DNA from: Peptococcia bacterium
GTDB lineage: Bacteria; Bacillota; Peptococcia; DRI-13; DTU073
Assembly (NCBI GenBank): GCA_050951585.1
Contig: JBMNJI010000006.1
Location: forward strand, 364,434 to 428,433
Reading direction: 5' to 3'
Length of the DNA: 64,000 nt
Shown: piece by piece, positions 10,146 to 18,634 of the stretch
How the letters are laid out: the number at the start of each line of letters is the position of its first letter
Position numbering within the stretch: position 1 is the stretch's first letter
Translations under genes and position numbers: made by a program
The notes under the pieces: model-generated
The model's database searches: none
What the model saw: the letters and a program-made list of their open reading frames with translations, nothing else
What the model was told of the DNA's origin: nothing

Positions 10146-10823
10146 TTATTTGCTCATCCTATGCAACATGGCCCAAAGTTCCTTCCGCAACACCGGCCTG
10201 TCCGGGTCGCTTCCGTCGCTAATGCCATGTTCCATTACCCAAAAGCGATCAGCCTCGTATGGATCCGGCTTTCTCGCCTCGTTCACGATATCGTGAATAC
10301 GCTGTACGAACTCGCCCCACATTCCGCGATTGAGCAGGATCCGCGGACAATGTTTGCCGCTCCAGTCCTGGTGTTTGTAAATCAGCACCCGGGGAAATGT
10401 GAGCATCAGCGCGGCGTTCAGCATGACCGCGTTGTCGATTGCCTTATCTACGTCCCCGTTCTCGCATATCTCCACCGCTATTGTCTTGTAATTGCCGTCC
10501 CCTTTGCCATCTCCGGCATGATAACATACTTCGTCCAGCGGTACGCATTGGGTTATTGAATCCGCATCCACGAAAAAGTGAGCGGAAACATACTCTTTGT
10601 CGGCGTTCTCGACACCTTGTAGCCACTTGGCGTGAGCCTCGTCTCCGGCCGTTGGTGCGGTGTTTGCGGTGTTGTGGTTCGTGATGCCGATTAAAGCCGG
10701 CATTTTGATTAAGGTGCGTACGTTTGGCTTGCCTTTCGGCTCCACGATTTGCAGTTTGAGCGGTATGCCGTCAATGTGCTTGTCCTGGACAATGCCGCCG
10801 ATGATGTTTAGTTTTTGTATCAT
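10146..10823 (-). CDS. N-acetylmuramoyl-L-alanine amidase (Amidase_2/PGRP-type phage endolysin)
   Basis: 225 aa. Motifs ITNHNTAN...AHFFVD...CYHAGDG...HQDWSGKHCP are typical of type-2 amidase endolysins. Lies immediately downstream of the holin. Confidence 0.9.
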   Translation of the reverse strand: MIQKLNIIGGIVQDKHIDGIPLKLQIVEPKGKPNVRTLIKMPALIGITNHNTANTAPTAGDEAHAKWLQGVENADKEYVSAHFFVDADSITQCVPLDEVCYHAGDGKGDGNYKTIAVEICENGDVDKAIDNAVMLNAALMLTFPRVLIYKHQDWSGKHCPRILLNRGMWGEFVQRIHDIVNEARKPDPYEADRFWVMEHGISDGSDPDRPVLRKELWAMLHRMSK

Positions 10824-10827
10824 ATCA

Positions 10828-11247
10828 TCACTGCCCTTTCTCGTTGGACTTAGCCTTAAACAGCTCGATAGCTTTCTGTAAAATATCCGGCACCGGCAAC
10901 CCTACGCGCCCCGAATTTTCGATAATGCTCAATAGTTCGTTGGCAAGGTAGAAAAATATTGCCGCATCCCTGAACATATTCCCGTCACCCAGGCACACGT
11001 CTACCAGGTGAGCGATAGCGACAATGACGAAGATAAACACCTTTTTAGCGATACCTTTTCTGCCTACTGCGCTAGAGAGCTTGCCCTCAAGTGCACTGGC
11101 AAGAACGCCGGTAATGTAGTCAATGACAACGAACGCCAGTAACACTTGTAACAATTGGCTCCACCCCCCAAAGAAATAAGATATGCACGCTCCCGTGCCA
11201 GCCGAACAGAATTTGAATATCTCGCTTGGATTTATTTTATCTAACAT
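10828..11247 (-). CDS. phage holin (LL-H / toxin-secretion holin family)
   Basis: 139 aa with TM helices. VIDYITGVLAS...GIAKKV...FFYLANELLSIIENSGRVGLPVP is typical of this holin family. Confidence 0.8.
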   Translation of the reverse strand: MLDKINPSEIFKFCSAGTGACISYFFGGWSQLLQVLLAFVVIDYITGVLASALEGKLSSAVGRKGIAKKVFIFVIVAIAHLVDVCLGDGNMFRDAAIFFYLANELLSIIENSGRVGLPVPDILQKAIELFKAKSNEKGQ

Positions 11248-11251
11248 ACTG

Positions 11252-11653
11252 CTACCTCCCCATCATTTGTGTCAGCACGACATATAATAATTTATTGCCA
11301 GACCGCACCGCATCATGTACAGCTTGCGCGAATCGCTCATCAAACTGCCCCGCGCGCCAGTTCATAAATTTATACTCGAATACATGAGCCAATTCGTGGT
11401 AGATAAAGTCGGCTTGAGCATCAAAATCATTCCTGCCGGGCATGATATCCGTTGACTGTATATAGATGTATTTTGCATCAGCTGGTATGTGATGATATGC
11501 CGCAAGCAATCCGTTAGGAGGATTGACACCTATGTATATCGGCGGGCACCACTCGGACAGCCGTGGGAAGTACTGCTCTGCTTTCATGAGGAATTGACCG
11601 CGAAAATACGCTGCATCCTCCGGCGTTTTGGCGTAAACCTTGATTTGTTGCAT
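11252..11653 (-). CDS. hypothetical protein with HExxH motif (putative small zinc metallopeptidase)
   Basis: HELAH lies within FIYHELAHVFEY. ATG at 11653 follows GGAG. Abuts the holin gene with a 4-nt gap. Confidence 0.55.
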   Translation of the reverse strand: MQQIKVYAKTPEDAAYFRGQFLMKAEQYFPRLSEWCPPIYIGVNPPNGLLAAYHHIPADAKYIYIQSTDIMPGRNDFDAQADFIYHELAHVFEYKFMNWRAGQFDERFAQAVHDAVRSGNKLLYVVLTQMMGR

Positions 11654-12024
11654 TGGACACACTCCTTTCTATGATTAAAAAATATTTTGAAAAAACTTTT
11701 GAAAAAAAGAAGGATTTTTTGGGGGTCAATGTAGAACTCTCTTTAAAAAATTTAAAGACAAACTAGAGAGAGAAGAGACAGTTTCTTCTTCTTTTCTTTT
11801 TATCTTACTTTTTCTTTTCTTCTTCTTTAAAAAATATCTACTAGTAGTAATACTAGCGCAGATGAATTATTACTAGTAGAAACAAAAGCCAGAAACAAGC
11901 GTATTGTAATTGGGCATTCTGATTTGGATTGGATTACGGTAACATCTGATATCATCTGATTGCATTTGATATCAACATGTATACAAAGTGGTATATTGAA
12001 AGTGAGGGGGGTGAAGGGGTATTT

Positions 12025-12615
12025 ATGGGTGTTTACGTCGAATATTTGGTTTGCGCTTGTGTTTTTATAATGGTTTTTTCGTTCGCGTGGAAATGGATTG
12101 TTGCTGTGCCTGTTACGTTATTGCAATTAGGATTAGGCGAAAATGCAAACTTTTTATCTAATGTTGTTAGGGCGTTGGGGTATTTTTTAATCAGCACTTC
12201 GATTGTTTTGCTTAGCCTTGGCATGGCACATGAGTATGGCTATTCGTGGGTGTATTATTTGTCTGGATTTTTTATTTTGCTGTCAATCTGTATTTCTGAT
12301 ATAGCAGAGGCGGCAAAAAGATGTACAGATGAATACGGCAATTCTTCAGGTTGGTCAGAAATATTTTTAGCATTGTTTTGTATATCTATCTACATAGTTA
12401 GTTTAATTATTCCGGAGATAGCGTGTAATAAACTTACTTTATGGGTCTATGTATTTCTAAGTAAAATCTGGTCATTGCCGATAATCGGGGCAATCATAAA
12501 ATTTATAGCGGTGGCTTACGTTTTTTGGTATATGGTATCAGCAGTAATAATTATACTTACTTTAATTGGTATTATTGTTAAGACATTTCGTGGCGAAAAG
12601 GAAAATGTTTATTAA
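12025..12615 (+). CDS. polytopic membrane protein (about 6 TM), unknown function
   Basis: ATG at 12025 follows GAAGGGG. Protein is strongly hydrophobic throughout. The region is AT-rich and on the opposite strand to the phage late genes. Confidence 0.6.
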   Translation: MGVYVEYLVCACVFIMVFSFAWKWIVAVPVTLLQLGLGENANFLSNVVRALGYFLISTSIVLLSLGMAHEYGYSWVYYLSGFFILLSICISDIAEAAKRCTDEYGNSSGWSEIFLALFCISIYIVSLIIPEIACNKLTLWVYVFLSKIWSLPIIGAIIKFIAVAYVFWYMVSAVIIILTLIGIIVKTFRGEKENVY

Positions 12616-12634
12616 AAATAAGGAGGGGCGAAGA

Positions 12635-12931
12635 ATGGAATCTAAAAATTTACGTGATTACATAGCTTTTGATGATTGTGAAAAAGAACATTTTATAAAA
12701 AGATCTATCGATGGCTTGTGCAAATTCGTTTTTTGCTTAATAATTATGTTTGGCACAGGTACATTGGCGTATTATGCAACGAGACTGATTGAGCTTTTAT
12801 TGCGGTGCGAGGCTTCCAATTTTTTGTTTGGGCTAAATTATCTTGTTATAGTTGGAATGATGATTCGTGGCTATAAAGCGATTATTGAAAGTCCTCCAGA
12901 AGAGGAACATCCAACATTATACGATGAATAA
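12635..12931 (+). CDS. small membrane protein (2 TM), unknown function
   Basis: ATG at 12635 follows AGGAGG with an 8-nt spacer. 98 aa with two hydrophobic segments. Confidence 0.6.
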   Translation: MESKNLRDYIAFDDCEKEHFIKRSIDGLCKFVFCLIIMFGTGTLAYYATRLIELLLRCEASNFLFGLNYLVIVGMMIRGYKAIIESPPEEEHPTLYDE

Positions 12932-12933
12932 GA

Positions 12934-12951
12934 CAGGGGTTATTTCCCCTG
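12934..12951. terminator. short hairpin shared by convergent genes
   Basis: CAGGGG (12934-12939) / CCCCTG (12946-12951), between the stop of 12635..12931 and overlapping the stop of 12940..16053. The flanks are only moderately T-rich. Confidence 0.35.
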
Positions 12952-15900
12952 CCTTATTGCTCTTCGTGCTGTATCAAGTATTTTCTGCTGTATCCTGTCT
13001 ACTTCTTCCGTGTTTCCGTCCCCCTGGGCTTTCAACTTTTGCTTCTGCATTTTAGATATTTCGGTACTTATTTTTTGCAAACGGTTCTTTTCTCTTTCTT
13101 CCGGCGTTACGATTCTTGACGGTATGTCTTCTGTGATATTCCTATCCGTAGCCCTTCTTTGCAAATCATCCAATTTTTCATAGAAGTTTCCCAGTATCTC
13201 GTTATTGTATAACGGGTCCGCCGTAAACTGCCTTGATAAAACTTCTGCCGTGTTTACTCCCTTTGTTGTGGCTGGTTGAACAATATTCCCAATAACACCA
13301 AGATAAGATTTAATCAGATAGTCAATTTGTTTCGGAGATAGATTAAAGGCATCTCCTATTTTTTTGGCTATTTCTGATGTTCTCTCATCGTATTGGTATC
13401 TAGGGGAACGCTTGTCATACAGCATAGATTGAGGAACTATTGTTCTGTTGGCAAAATCTTTATTCCTTGGAAGATTCCACACTAGGGGAGCGGCTACGTG
13501 TTCCGTTAGGGGATTTTGAACAAAGAAGTTAGTAGAAACGGTGTTTCCAAACCCTTTAAAACTTTTCTCTTGTCCTTCTGCCAGCCTTGCCAATCTCTCA
13601 AACAATGCCCCGAACAATACTCCCGCTTCTCTGGTCTTGGCAATCTTGATAAATTTGCCGTTACCGTCTGGAATAACAAAATAGGTATCTTTGGTACGAT
13701 TATCAAGCTGGTCATATTCCTTTTTGGCTACAGCCTGATTCAAGGCATACAGTCCGGCTGTTGGCGCGGTAACTATCTTTAGAGCCTTGACAACGTTTGC
13801 AGGTCTTTTCATTGACCTAGCAAATTTATCTATGCCTTGAACAGCCGGGTTTAGATAGGGAACAAACGTATCCGCTGCTTTAGTCAAATTGCCATGCCGT
13901 GAGAAGTCAACCGTAACTTCTGCGGCGTTTTTTATTCCCTGCATTTTTCCGGCGTAAGTAATGCCTTCCCGCTTTAATGTTCCTAAATACTCTGCATATC
14001 TTGGTACTGTTTCCGTTAGGTTGTTAAATGCACTTATTTTGTCCCCTATTTTGCGAAGTGCTCCCGGTGGTACTAATCCTTTTTCTACATTAAAGAAGTT
14101 GCCGCCATGCCCTCCAAGTGCCTTAAATTCTTGATACATAGCGGAGCCGCTTTTTATGTCTTTTGTTGCCTGCTTAATGTTTTTAAGGAACCCAAACAGG
14201 CTATCTTCTGTCCCCTGAATATATGCTGTTGGAACGTCCCTTAAGATATTTCTAAGCGCAAAAAATGGATTGTATCCGGTAATAAGAGCCTTGAAAGGAT
14301 CGGTGACTAACATGCGAAAGTACTTTGCAAACATGCCTAGCTCTCCTTCTGGAACTTTTTTAAATTCCATCAAATCACGATACAGCCCTTCGTTAATCCT
14401 CAAGGTGACAGGCCTTCCTTTTTCCATAACGGTAAGCGTATACCCTTTTATCGGATCGCTTTTTAATGCTTCCTCGAACTGTTCCGCTATCCCGTCTATG
14501 CCCTTGTTGAGTATGTTTTTAGTCATTTCCTCTTCTTGTTTTAATGCCTTTTTTGTAAGTTCGGCCCAAGGCCTCATTTTTTCGGGGTCTTTGCGTACCG
14601 CTTCAAGTATCCCTTGGTAAACTTCATTTTGCCGTGCCGCCTTTACTATCTTGTTGACTTGCATCGGAATACTCTCAAACGGCTTAATCAGTTTCTTATC
14701 GCTACCCACCGCCGATTGTACGACTTTTGCCGGTGACATTCGCCCGAAGGTATTTATACGGCTGTTTGCTTGCCCTGTAGTCTCTCTAAAGGTTGGAACG
14801 TAATGTTCATACATTTGCTCTAACCGCTCCATGAGTTCCTTAGAAACAAGTCCTGACTTAACCGCCCATTCGTTACTAAATGTTTTCCACCATTTATCAA
14901 AGTTGGCAGCCTGTTCTTTAAACCCGGGGTTTTCCCTCTCAAATTTAGCGATCGCGGCCATAGATTCATTTTCACCCATGTCATTACCAAACACCGGCTT
15001 GCCTTGCTTCATCCTAGAAATATTGTGTTTGTGCAGTAAATATTCCTGGAACGCCTCTTCCTGCTCTTTCGGTACAGAGATAGTCTTTCTGAGGGATTCG
15101 CCTATCTTTGTTCCCCCCATATCAACCAGGGAATCATCTATAATATAACTAGCAGTTCCCCCGGAATTTTTAGCTATGGTTGACATTACAGCTGGGTTGA
15201 AGTTGGCGTCCGTTTTAAGCTCTTTTCCTAGCTTTTCTATGTTCGCCTGATTTGTTACTAACGCCCTGTATATTTCACCCATCCTGTCGCTTAGACTTTT
15301 CTTGCCTTTCTTAAAGGCTATTTGACTCTTCATGCTAAGCGGTTCTATTTCAGGCTTCGCTCTTTCGACGTTATTTGTTATCAGCCGATCCAGTTTCAAC
15401 ATTGGTCTTGTTTCCCCGGTAAAGGCGTGCTTGTCGTATACCTTGGGTACTTCGATAGTTTGTTTGAAGTTGAGCGGCGGGGGAGTGGACTTGTTTAAAG
15501 AGACTTCGGGAATTGGCGTCATATCCCGCATGAAAAATCCTTGCCCCTCTCCTTTCACAGACGGTAACAATCTCCCGCTTCGCACCGGTTCCGGTTGCAT
15601 ATTCTGTACTACCCTACGAATTGCGGCTCTTTGTGACTCGTTCATATACGCCCAGTCTACGCCTATATCCTTCGCTACATCTTTGGCAATGGTGTCTGTA
15701 TCTACTTTTACCCCTTTGTATTTGCCAATAGCCCTTTGTACGCCGCTCCTCAGCTTGCTACCTAATGCCGGTATCCCCAGCACGATAAGCGGGTCTAACG
15801 CCACGCCAAACAGTGCATCTGTGCCAGCTTGTTTTACTGCCTCTCCTGTGCTTTTCCCCTGCGCAATGCCAGTGCCGAAACCATACGCCGCCCCTTCTGT

Positions 15901-16053
15901 TGCTCCCCGTGCTATTACAGGAGCCGCTTTCGTGGCTATCTTAGGCAGTACCGCCGGTGCCTTTGTGAGCAGTTTCCGCGCGGCAAATTCGGCAGGCTGT
16001 CCCACCTTGGTTAATGCGCTGCCAATACTGGCACCTTTGTTCGGGCTCATCAC
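12940..16053 (-). CDS. large phage late protein (1037 aa), family not recognised; Gly/Ala-rich hydrophobic N-terminus
   Basis: The longest ORF in the element, and its antisense ORFs look like shadows. GTG/ATG start at 16053/16050. This frame is open only from 16071. Confidence 0.75.
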   Translation of the reverse strand: MMSPNKGASIGSALTKVGQPAEFAARKLLTKAPAVLPKIATKAAPVIARGATEGAAYGFGTGIAQGKSTGEAVKQAGTDALFGVALDPLIVLGIPALGSKLRSGVQRAIGKYKGVKVDTDTIAKDVAKDIGVDWAYMNESQRAAIRRVVQNMQPEPVRSGRLLPSVKGEGQGFFMRDMTPIPEVSLNKSTPPPLNFKQTIEVPKVYDKHAFTGETRPMLKLDRLITNNVERAKPEIEPLSMKSQIAFKKGKKSLSDRMGEIYRALVTNQANIEKLGKELKTDANFNPAVMSTIAKNSGGTASYIIDDSLVDMGGTKIGESLRKTISVPKEQEEAFQEYLLHKHNISRMKQGKPVFGNDMGENESMAAIAKFERENPGFKEQAANFDKWWKTFSNEWAVKSGLVSKELMERLEQMYEHYVPTFRETTGQANSRINTFGRMSPAKVVQSAVGSDKKLIKPFESIPMQVNKIVKAARQNEVYQGILEAVRKDPEKMRPWAELTKKALKQEEEMTKNILNKGIDGIAEQFEEALKSDPIKGYTLTVMEKGRPVTLRINEGLYRDLMEFKKVPEGELGMFAKYFRMLVTDPFKALITGYNPFFALRNILRDVPTAYIQGTEDSLFGFLKNIKQATKDIKSGSAMYQEFKALGGHGGNFFNVEKGLVPPGALRKIGDKISAFNNLTETVPRYAEYLGTLKREGITYAGKMQGIKNAAEVTVDFSRHGNLTKAADTFVPYLNPAVQGIDKFARSMKRPANVVKALKIVTAPTAGLYALNQAVAKKEYDQLDNRTKDTYFVIPDGNGKFIKIAKTREAGVLFGALFERLARLAEGQEKSFKGFGNTVSTNFFVQNPLTEHVAAPLVWNLPRNKDFANRTIVPQSMLYDKRSPRYQYDERTSEIAKKIGDAFNLSPKQIDYLIKSYLGVIGNIVQPATTKGVNTAEVLSRQFTADPLYNNEILGNFYEKLDDLQRRATDRNITEDIPSRIVTPEEREKNRLQKISTEISKMQKQKLKAQGDGNTEEVDRIQQKILDTARRAIRQGK

Positions 16054-16444
16054 GAAGCCGCCAATGACTGCCTAATACCGTGGCGGCTGTGTCGCCTACT
16101 TTGGAGCCTGTCGATGTTCTGTCGGGGTTTATTTCCTGCCCTGACATTACATCTAAGGCGGTTTCGGATGATCGGGCTTGAAATTTGCCGAGCTTTGAAT
16201 CCTCGTACCGTTGTGTCAAATTGGCTAGTAAGTTATTGATAGGCTTGGGAAAAAAGCCTCTATCATACGCCGCTTGCCGTTCTGGACTGAGGTTGGAGGG
16301 AGTGGAGAATAAGCCTTGCTTGGCGGGGGGTTTGGTTGCTTCTGCCGGCTCTTCTTTTTTGCCAAACAAAGACTCATATGTTATTATCCCGCTTTTTTGT
16401 GGGGAGGTTTTACCCATTACTTCTTCATATGTTTTTATGGCCAT
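15941..16444 (-). CDS. phage protein; last ~40 codons overlap the large ORF and look out of frame (possible frameshifted N-terminal part of the large protein)
   Basis: 167 aa. Sensible sequence runs up to ...STGSKVGDTAATVLG, followed by a W/R/C-rich tail. Overlaps 12940..16053 by 113 nt. Confidence 0.55.
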   Translation of the reverse strand: MAIKTYEEVMGKTSPQKSGIITYESLFGKKEEPAEATKPPAKQGLFSTPSNLSPERQAAYDRGFFPKPINNLLANLTQRYEDSKLGKFQARSSETALDVMSGQEINPDRTSTGSKVGDTAATVLGSHWRLRDEPEQRCQYWQRINQGGTACRICRAETAHKGTGGTA

Positions 16445-16456
16445 GATAACACCCCC

Positions 16457-16735
16457 CTAGAATGTGCCAAACCTATCTTCAATCTCCGCTAATGCCTTTC
16501 TGTAATCTGTATCATTCAATTGGTCGGCGTTGGCTTGCAATACCCGTCTAGCCTCTTCTATGGTCTGCGCTTTGCCTATCTCAGCAATGACTGCATAATA
16601 ATTATCAGCAGATGTCTTATTATCAAGGGTATCTGTTGCTTTTAAGCCTATAGCCGCTCTTTCGTCTGCTGTTAGTTCCTGTCCTTCGCTTAATTTGCGG
16701 TAAATATTATTTATGTAATCTTCTTTAGGCGTCAC
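16457..16735 (-). CDS. small phage protein, unknown function
   Basis: 92 aa, acidic and helical. Has an 11-nt overlap with the upstream gene, consistent with translational coupling. Confidence 0.6.
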   Translation of the reverse strand: MTPKEDYINNIYRKLSEGQELTADERAAIGLKATDTLDNKTSADNYYAVIAEIGKAQTIEEARRVLQANADQLNDTDYRKALAEIEDRFGTF

Positions 16736-16976
16736 TACGAGCAGGTCTGTTTAACGCATTAATTTGTGCCTTAATTTGGTTAAGCTGTGCCAAGGCTGTA
16801 TCATAGTCCAAGGAGCCAGTTTTGACCTGTTGTGCAAGTCTTTCTGCTTGTAGTTTCAGCGTATCCGGCAAATATGAGTTCTGTATCTCCTGTGCGGCAA
16901 TTTCCAATTCCCTCTGTCTATTCGCCAAGAATCGCCGCCTGTACCGCCGGGTTAGAAGGACTCCTGCTATAATCAA
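16725..16976 (-). CDS. small coiled-coil phage protein (true start may be TTG at 16928)
   Basis: 83 aa in the track. Plausible sequence begins at ANRQRELEIAAQEIQN. A TTG at 16928 would give only an 11-nt overlap with 16918..17502. Confidence 0.5.
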   Translation of the reverse strand: MIIAGVLLTRRYRRRFLANRQRELEIAAQEIQNSYLPDTLKLQAERLAQQVKTGSLDYDTALAQLNQIKAQINALNRPARSDA

Positions 16977-17502
16977 ACTGCTGTCCGGCTAGTGTCCTTT
17001 CATCTCCCAGACTGCCGGTTAATGCGCCCCGTTGCAATTCGTACTGGCGATTCTGGTTCCACTGGTCAATCATGGCTTGCATAGCTTGAGATTCCACATC
17101 TGCGTTAGCCGCCGCCACATCAGAAGCATAACCGCTTTCCACGTTTGACCGCTGTCTCTCGATTGCGGCAAGGTTAGCCGCTTCTTGCCTGTCTAATGCC
17201 CCTATCTGCCCCTGTAAGCCTGCCTGACGATATATCTCAGGCATAGCCCCTGCCGCTCCCTTAATGCCTCTTGCCGCCATGTATTGAGCAAAGTTCATTG
17301 CTCCTACATCAGAAGCCGCCGCCGCCCTGTTTCTTGCATCGTAATATGTCGGGGATACGTTGGCTTTCTCGGTGTCTAAGGCTCTCAATGCGGCGTCTTT
17401 GGTCTTGTCTAATGCGGCAATACGGCTTCTCCGCTGTGCCTCTTTGAGTTGATTGATATATTCGCTGGTTGGATCGGATATATATTGCTGATATGGTTGC
17501 AT
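16918..17502 (-). CDS. Ala/Gln-rich phage protein, unknown function
   Basis: 194 aa, MQPYQQYISDPTSEYINQLKEAQ..., with no competing ORF. Confidence 0.65.
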   Translation of the reverse strand: MQPYQQYISDPTSEYINQLKEAQRRSRIAALDKTKDAALRALDTEKANVSPTYYDARNRAAAASDVGAMNFAQYMAARGIKGAAGAMPEIYRQAGLQGQIGALDRQEAANLAAIERQRSNVESGYASDVAAANADVESQAMQAMIDQWNQNRQYELQRGALTGSLGDERTLAGQQFDYSRSPSNPAVQAAILGE

Positions 17503-17644
17503 ATATGCTGTTGCTCTATCGTGCTGTCGGTTGCAACCGCCGATTACTTTTTAGCGCATTGGGGTCAGTAACATAATGCTGTCCGGTTGTCTGGTTGAAT
17601 GACGTTCCCGGAATAGCCCCAGATGCATACTGTTACCCCTATTG

Positions 17645-17851
17645 TTACATTCCGGTTCGCATCGTAATCGACAGTGTTGCCCCATTTGGCTCATGTAATC
17701 TCGTAGGAATTGCCCGTGCTACTTGCACACCGCCGCTTGAACTCTGCTGAACTACCACCTGAATAACGCTTGATTTATTTTTCGCTCTTTCTATTGCCCT
17801 ACCAATTGCACTGCTAACTGCACCGCCAATCAAACTACCGAATAATCCCAT
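17645..17851 (-). CDS. small phage protein with Gly-rich hydrophobic N-terminus
   Basis: ATG at 17851 follows GGGAGAG. Sequence begins MGLFGSLIGGAVSSAIGRAIE... Confidence 0.5.
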   Translation of the reverse strand: MGLFGSLIGGAVSSAIGRAIERAKNKSSVIQVVVQQSSSGGVQVARAIPTRLHEPNGATLSITMRTGM

Positions 17852-17987
17852 GTATTTCACTCTCCCTTCTCTTTGGCAAAAGAAAAACACCCCGAAAGGT
17901 GTTAGTCTTAGTTTATATTAAATTGTTTCTAACCATTATTCCCTACCTAAACATTCATTCTGCATCCATTGTGGCGCATCAAGCGAT

Positions 17988-18557
17988 TTAAAACGCGTCT
18001 AATTCGTGAGCATAAGCATCTTTTTCGGAATAGGTCTCTATCGTTATTCCAATTGTTGCGTGACAAGCCTCATGCACTAATACACCTGCCAGAAACATGG
18101 GTGTATATCATTTTTGTGTCATTCTAAAGAATCGGGTAATGCGCGTTGAACCAGCCACATGTAAAGCTAATGCATCTTTAAGGATCTTCGGGTTTCTTTC
18201 TAATGGGGCTATATCAAACGTATTCTCGCACACCATCACATAATGCGGAAAGTCCTTCTCCTCCAGCAAATCCAGAGCCGCATTAATCTTCTTGACGAAC
18301 TCCGCATCCCCTTCTATCGGCGGTCGCTCAAGCCCCTTCTTCTTGATGCTTACGGTGTTAGTCGCACCATCCCAATCGGTTGTAGCCTCGAATATGTCTG
18401 CTACTGCTCGAATAGGGGCATAGGATACGCCGTCGATTATGACAACGGGCTTGTCTACCGCCACACCATCAACAATTAGCCGATATGGCGCGTCTGCCGT
18501 TACCGGTACTGCCAGCAACATTAGGGATAGAATAATAGGCAGAAGGTACTTTTTCAT
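17988..18557 (-). pseudogene. secreted copper-amine-oxidase-N-like (stalk) domain protein joined to an HExxH region, interrupted by an in-frame TGA
   Basis: ORF 18108..18557 ends in TGA at 18110-18108. The same frame then continues YTPMFLAGVLVHEACHATIGITIETYSEKDAYAHELDAF to a TAA at 17990-17988. Confidence 0.6.
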
Positions 18558-18634
18558 TATAATCGCCTCCTATTATTATTGTATCACAAAATGTGCAATT
18601 TTACCATATGTCATAGTTGCTACCTACTGTGATG

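Noticed and set aside
10077-10559. 160-aa plus-strand ORF
   Set aside because: It is antisense to the well-supported amidase (endolysin) gene and is a shadow ORF.
15332-16075. 247-aa plus-strand ORF, and other plus-strand ORFs between 13516 and 15148
   Set aside because: They are antisense to the 1037-aa phage gene, have Ser/Leu/Cys/Pro-rich low-complexity composition and have no RBS. They are shadow ORFs.
16918-16976. 59-nt overlap of the 194-aa and 83-aa ORFs as a tail-chaperone G/GT-type programmed frameshift
   Set aside because: There is no slippery heptamer. A TTG at 16928 gives a normal 11-nt coupled overlap, so two ordinary genes are the simpler reading.
18105-18112. In-frame TGA as selenocysteine or programmed readthrough
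   Set aside because: Only a weak 5-bp stem (ACACC/GGTGT) starts about 4 nt downstream, which does not look like a bacterial SECIS element. Other decay marks in the same element make a nonsense mutation the simpler explanation.
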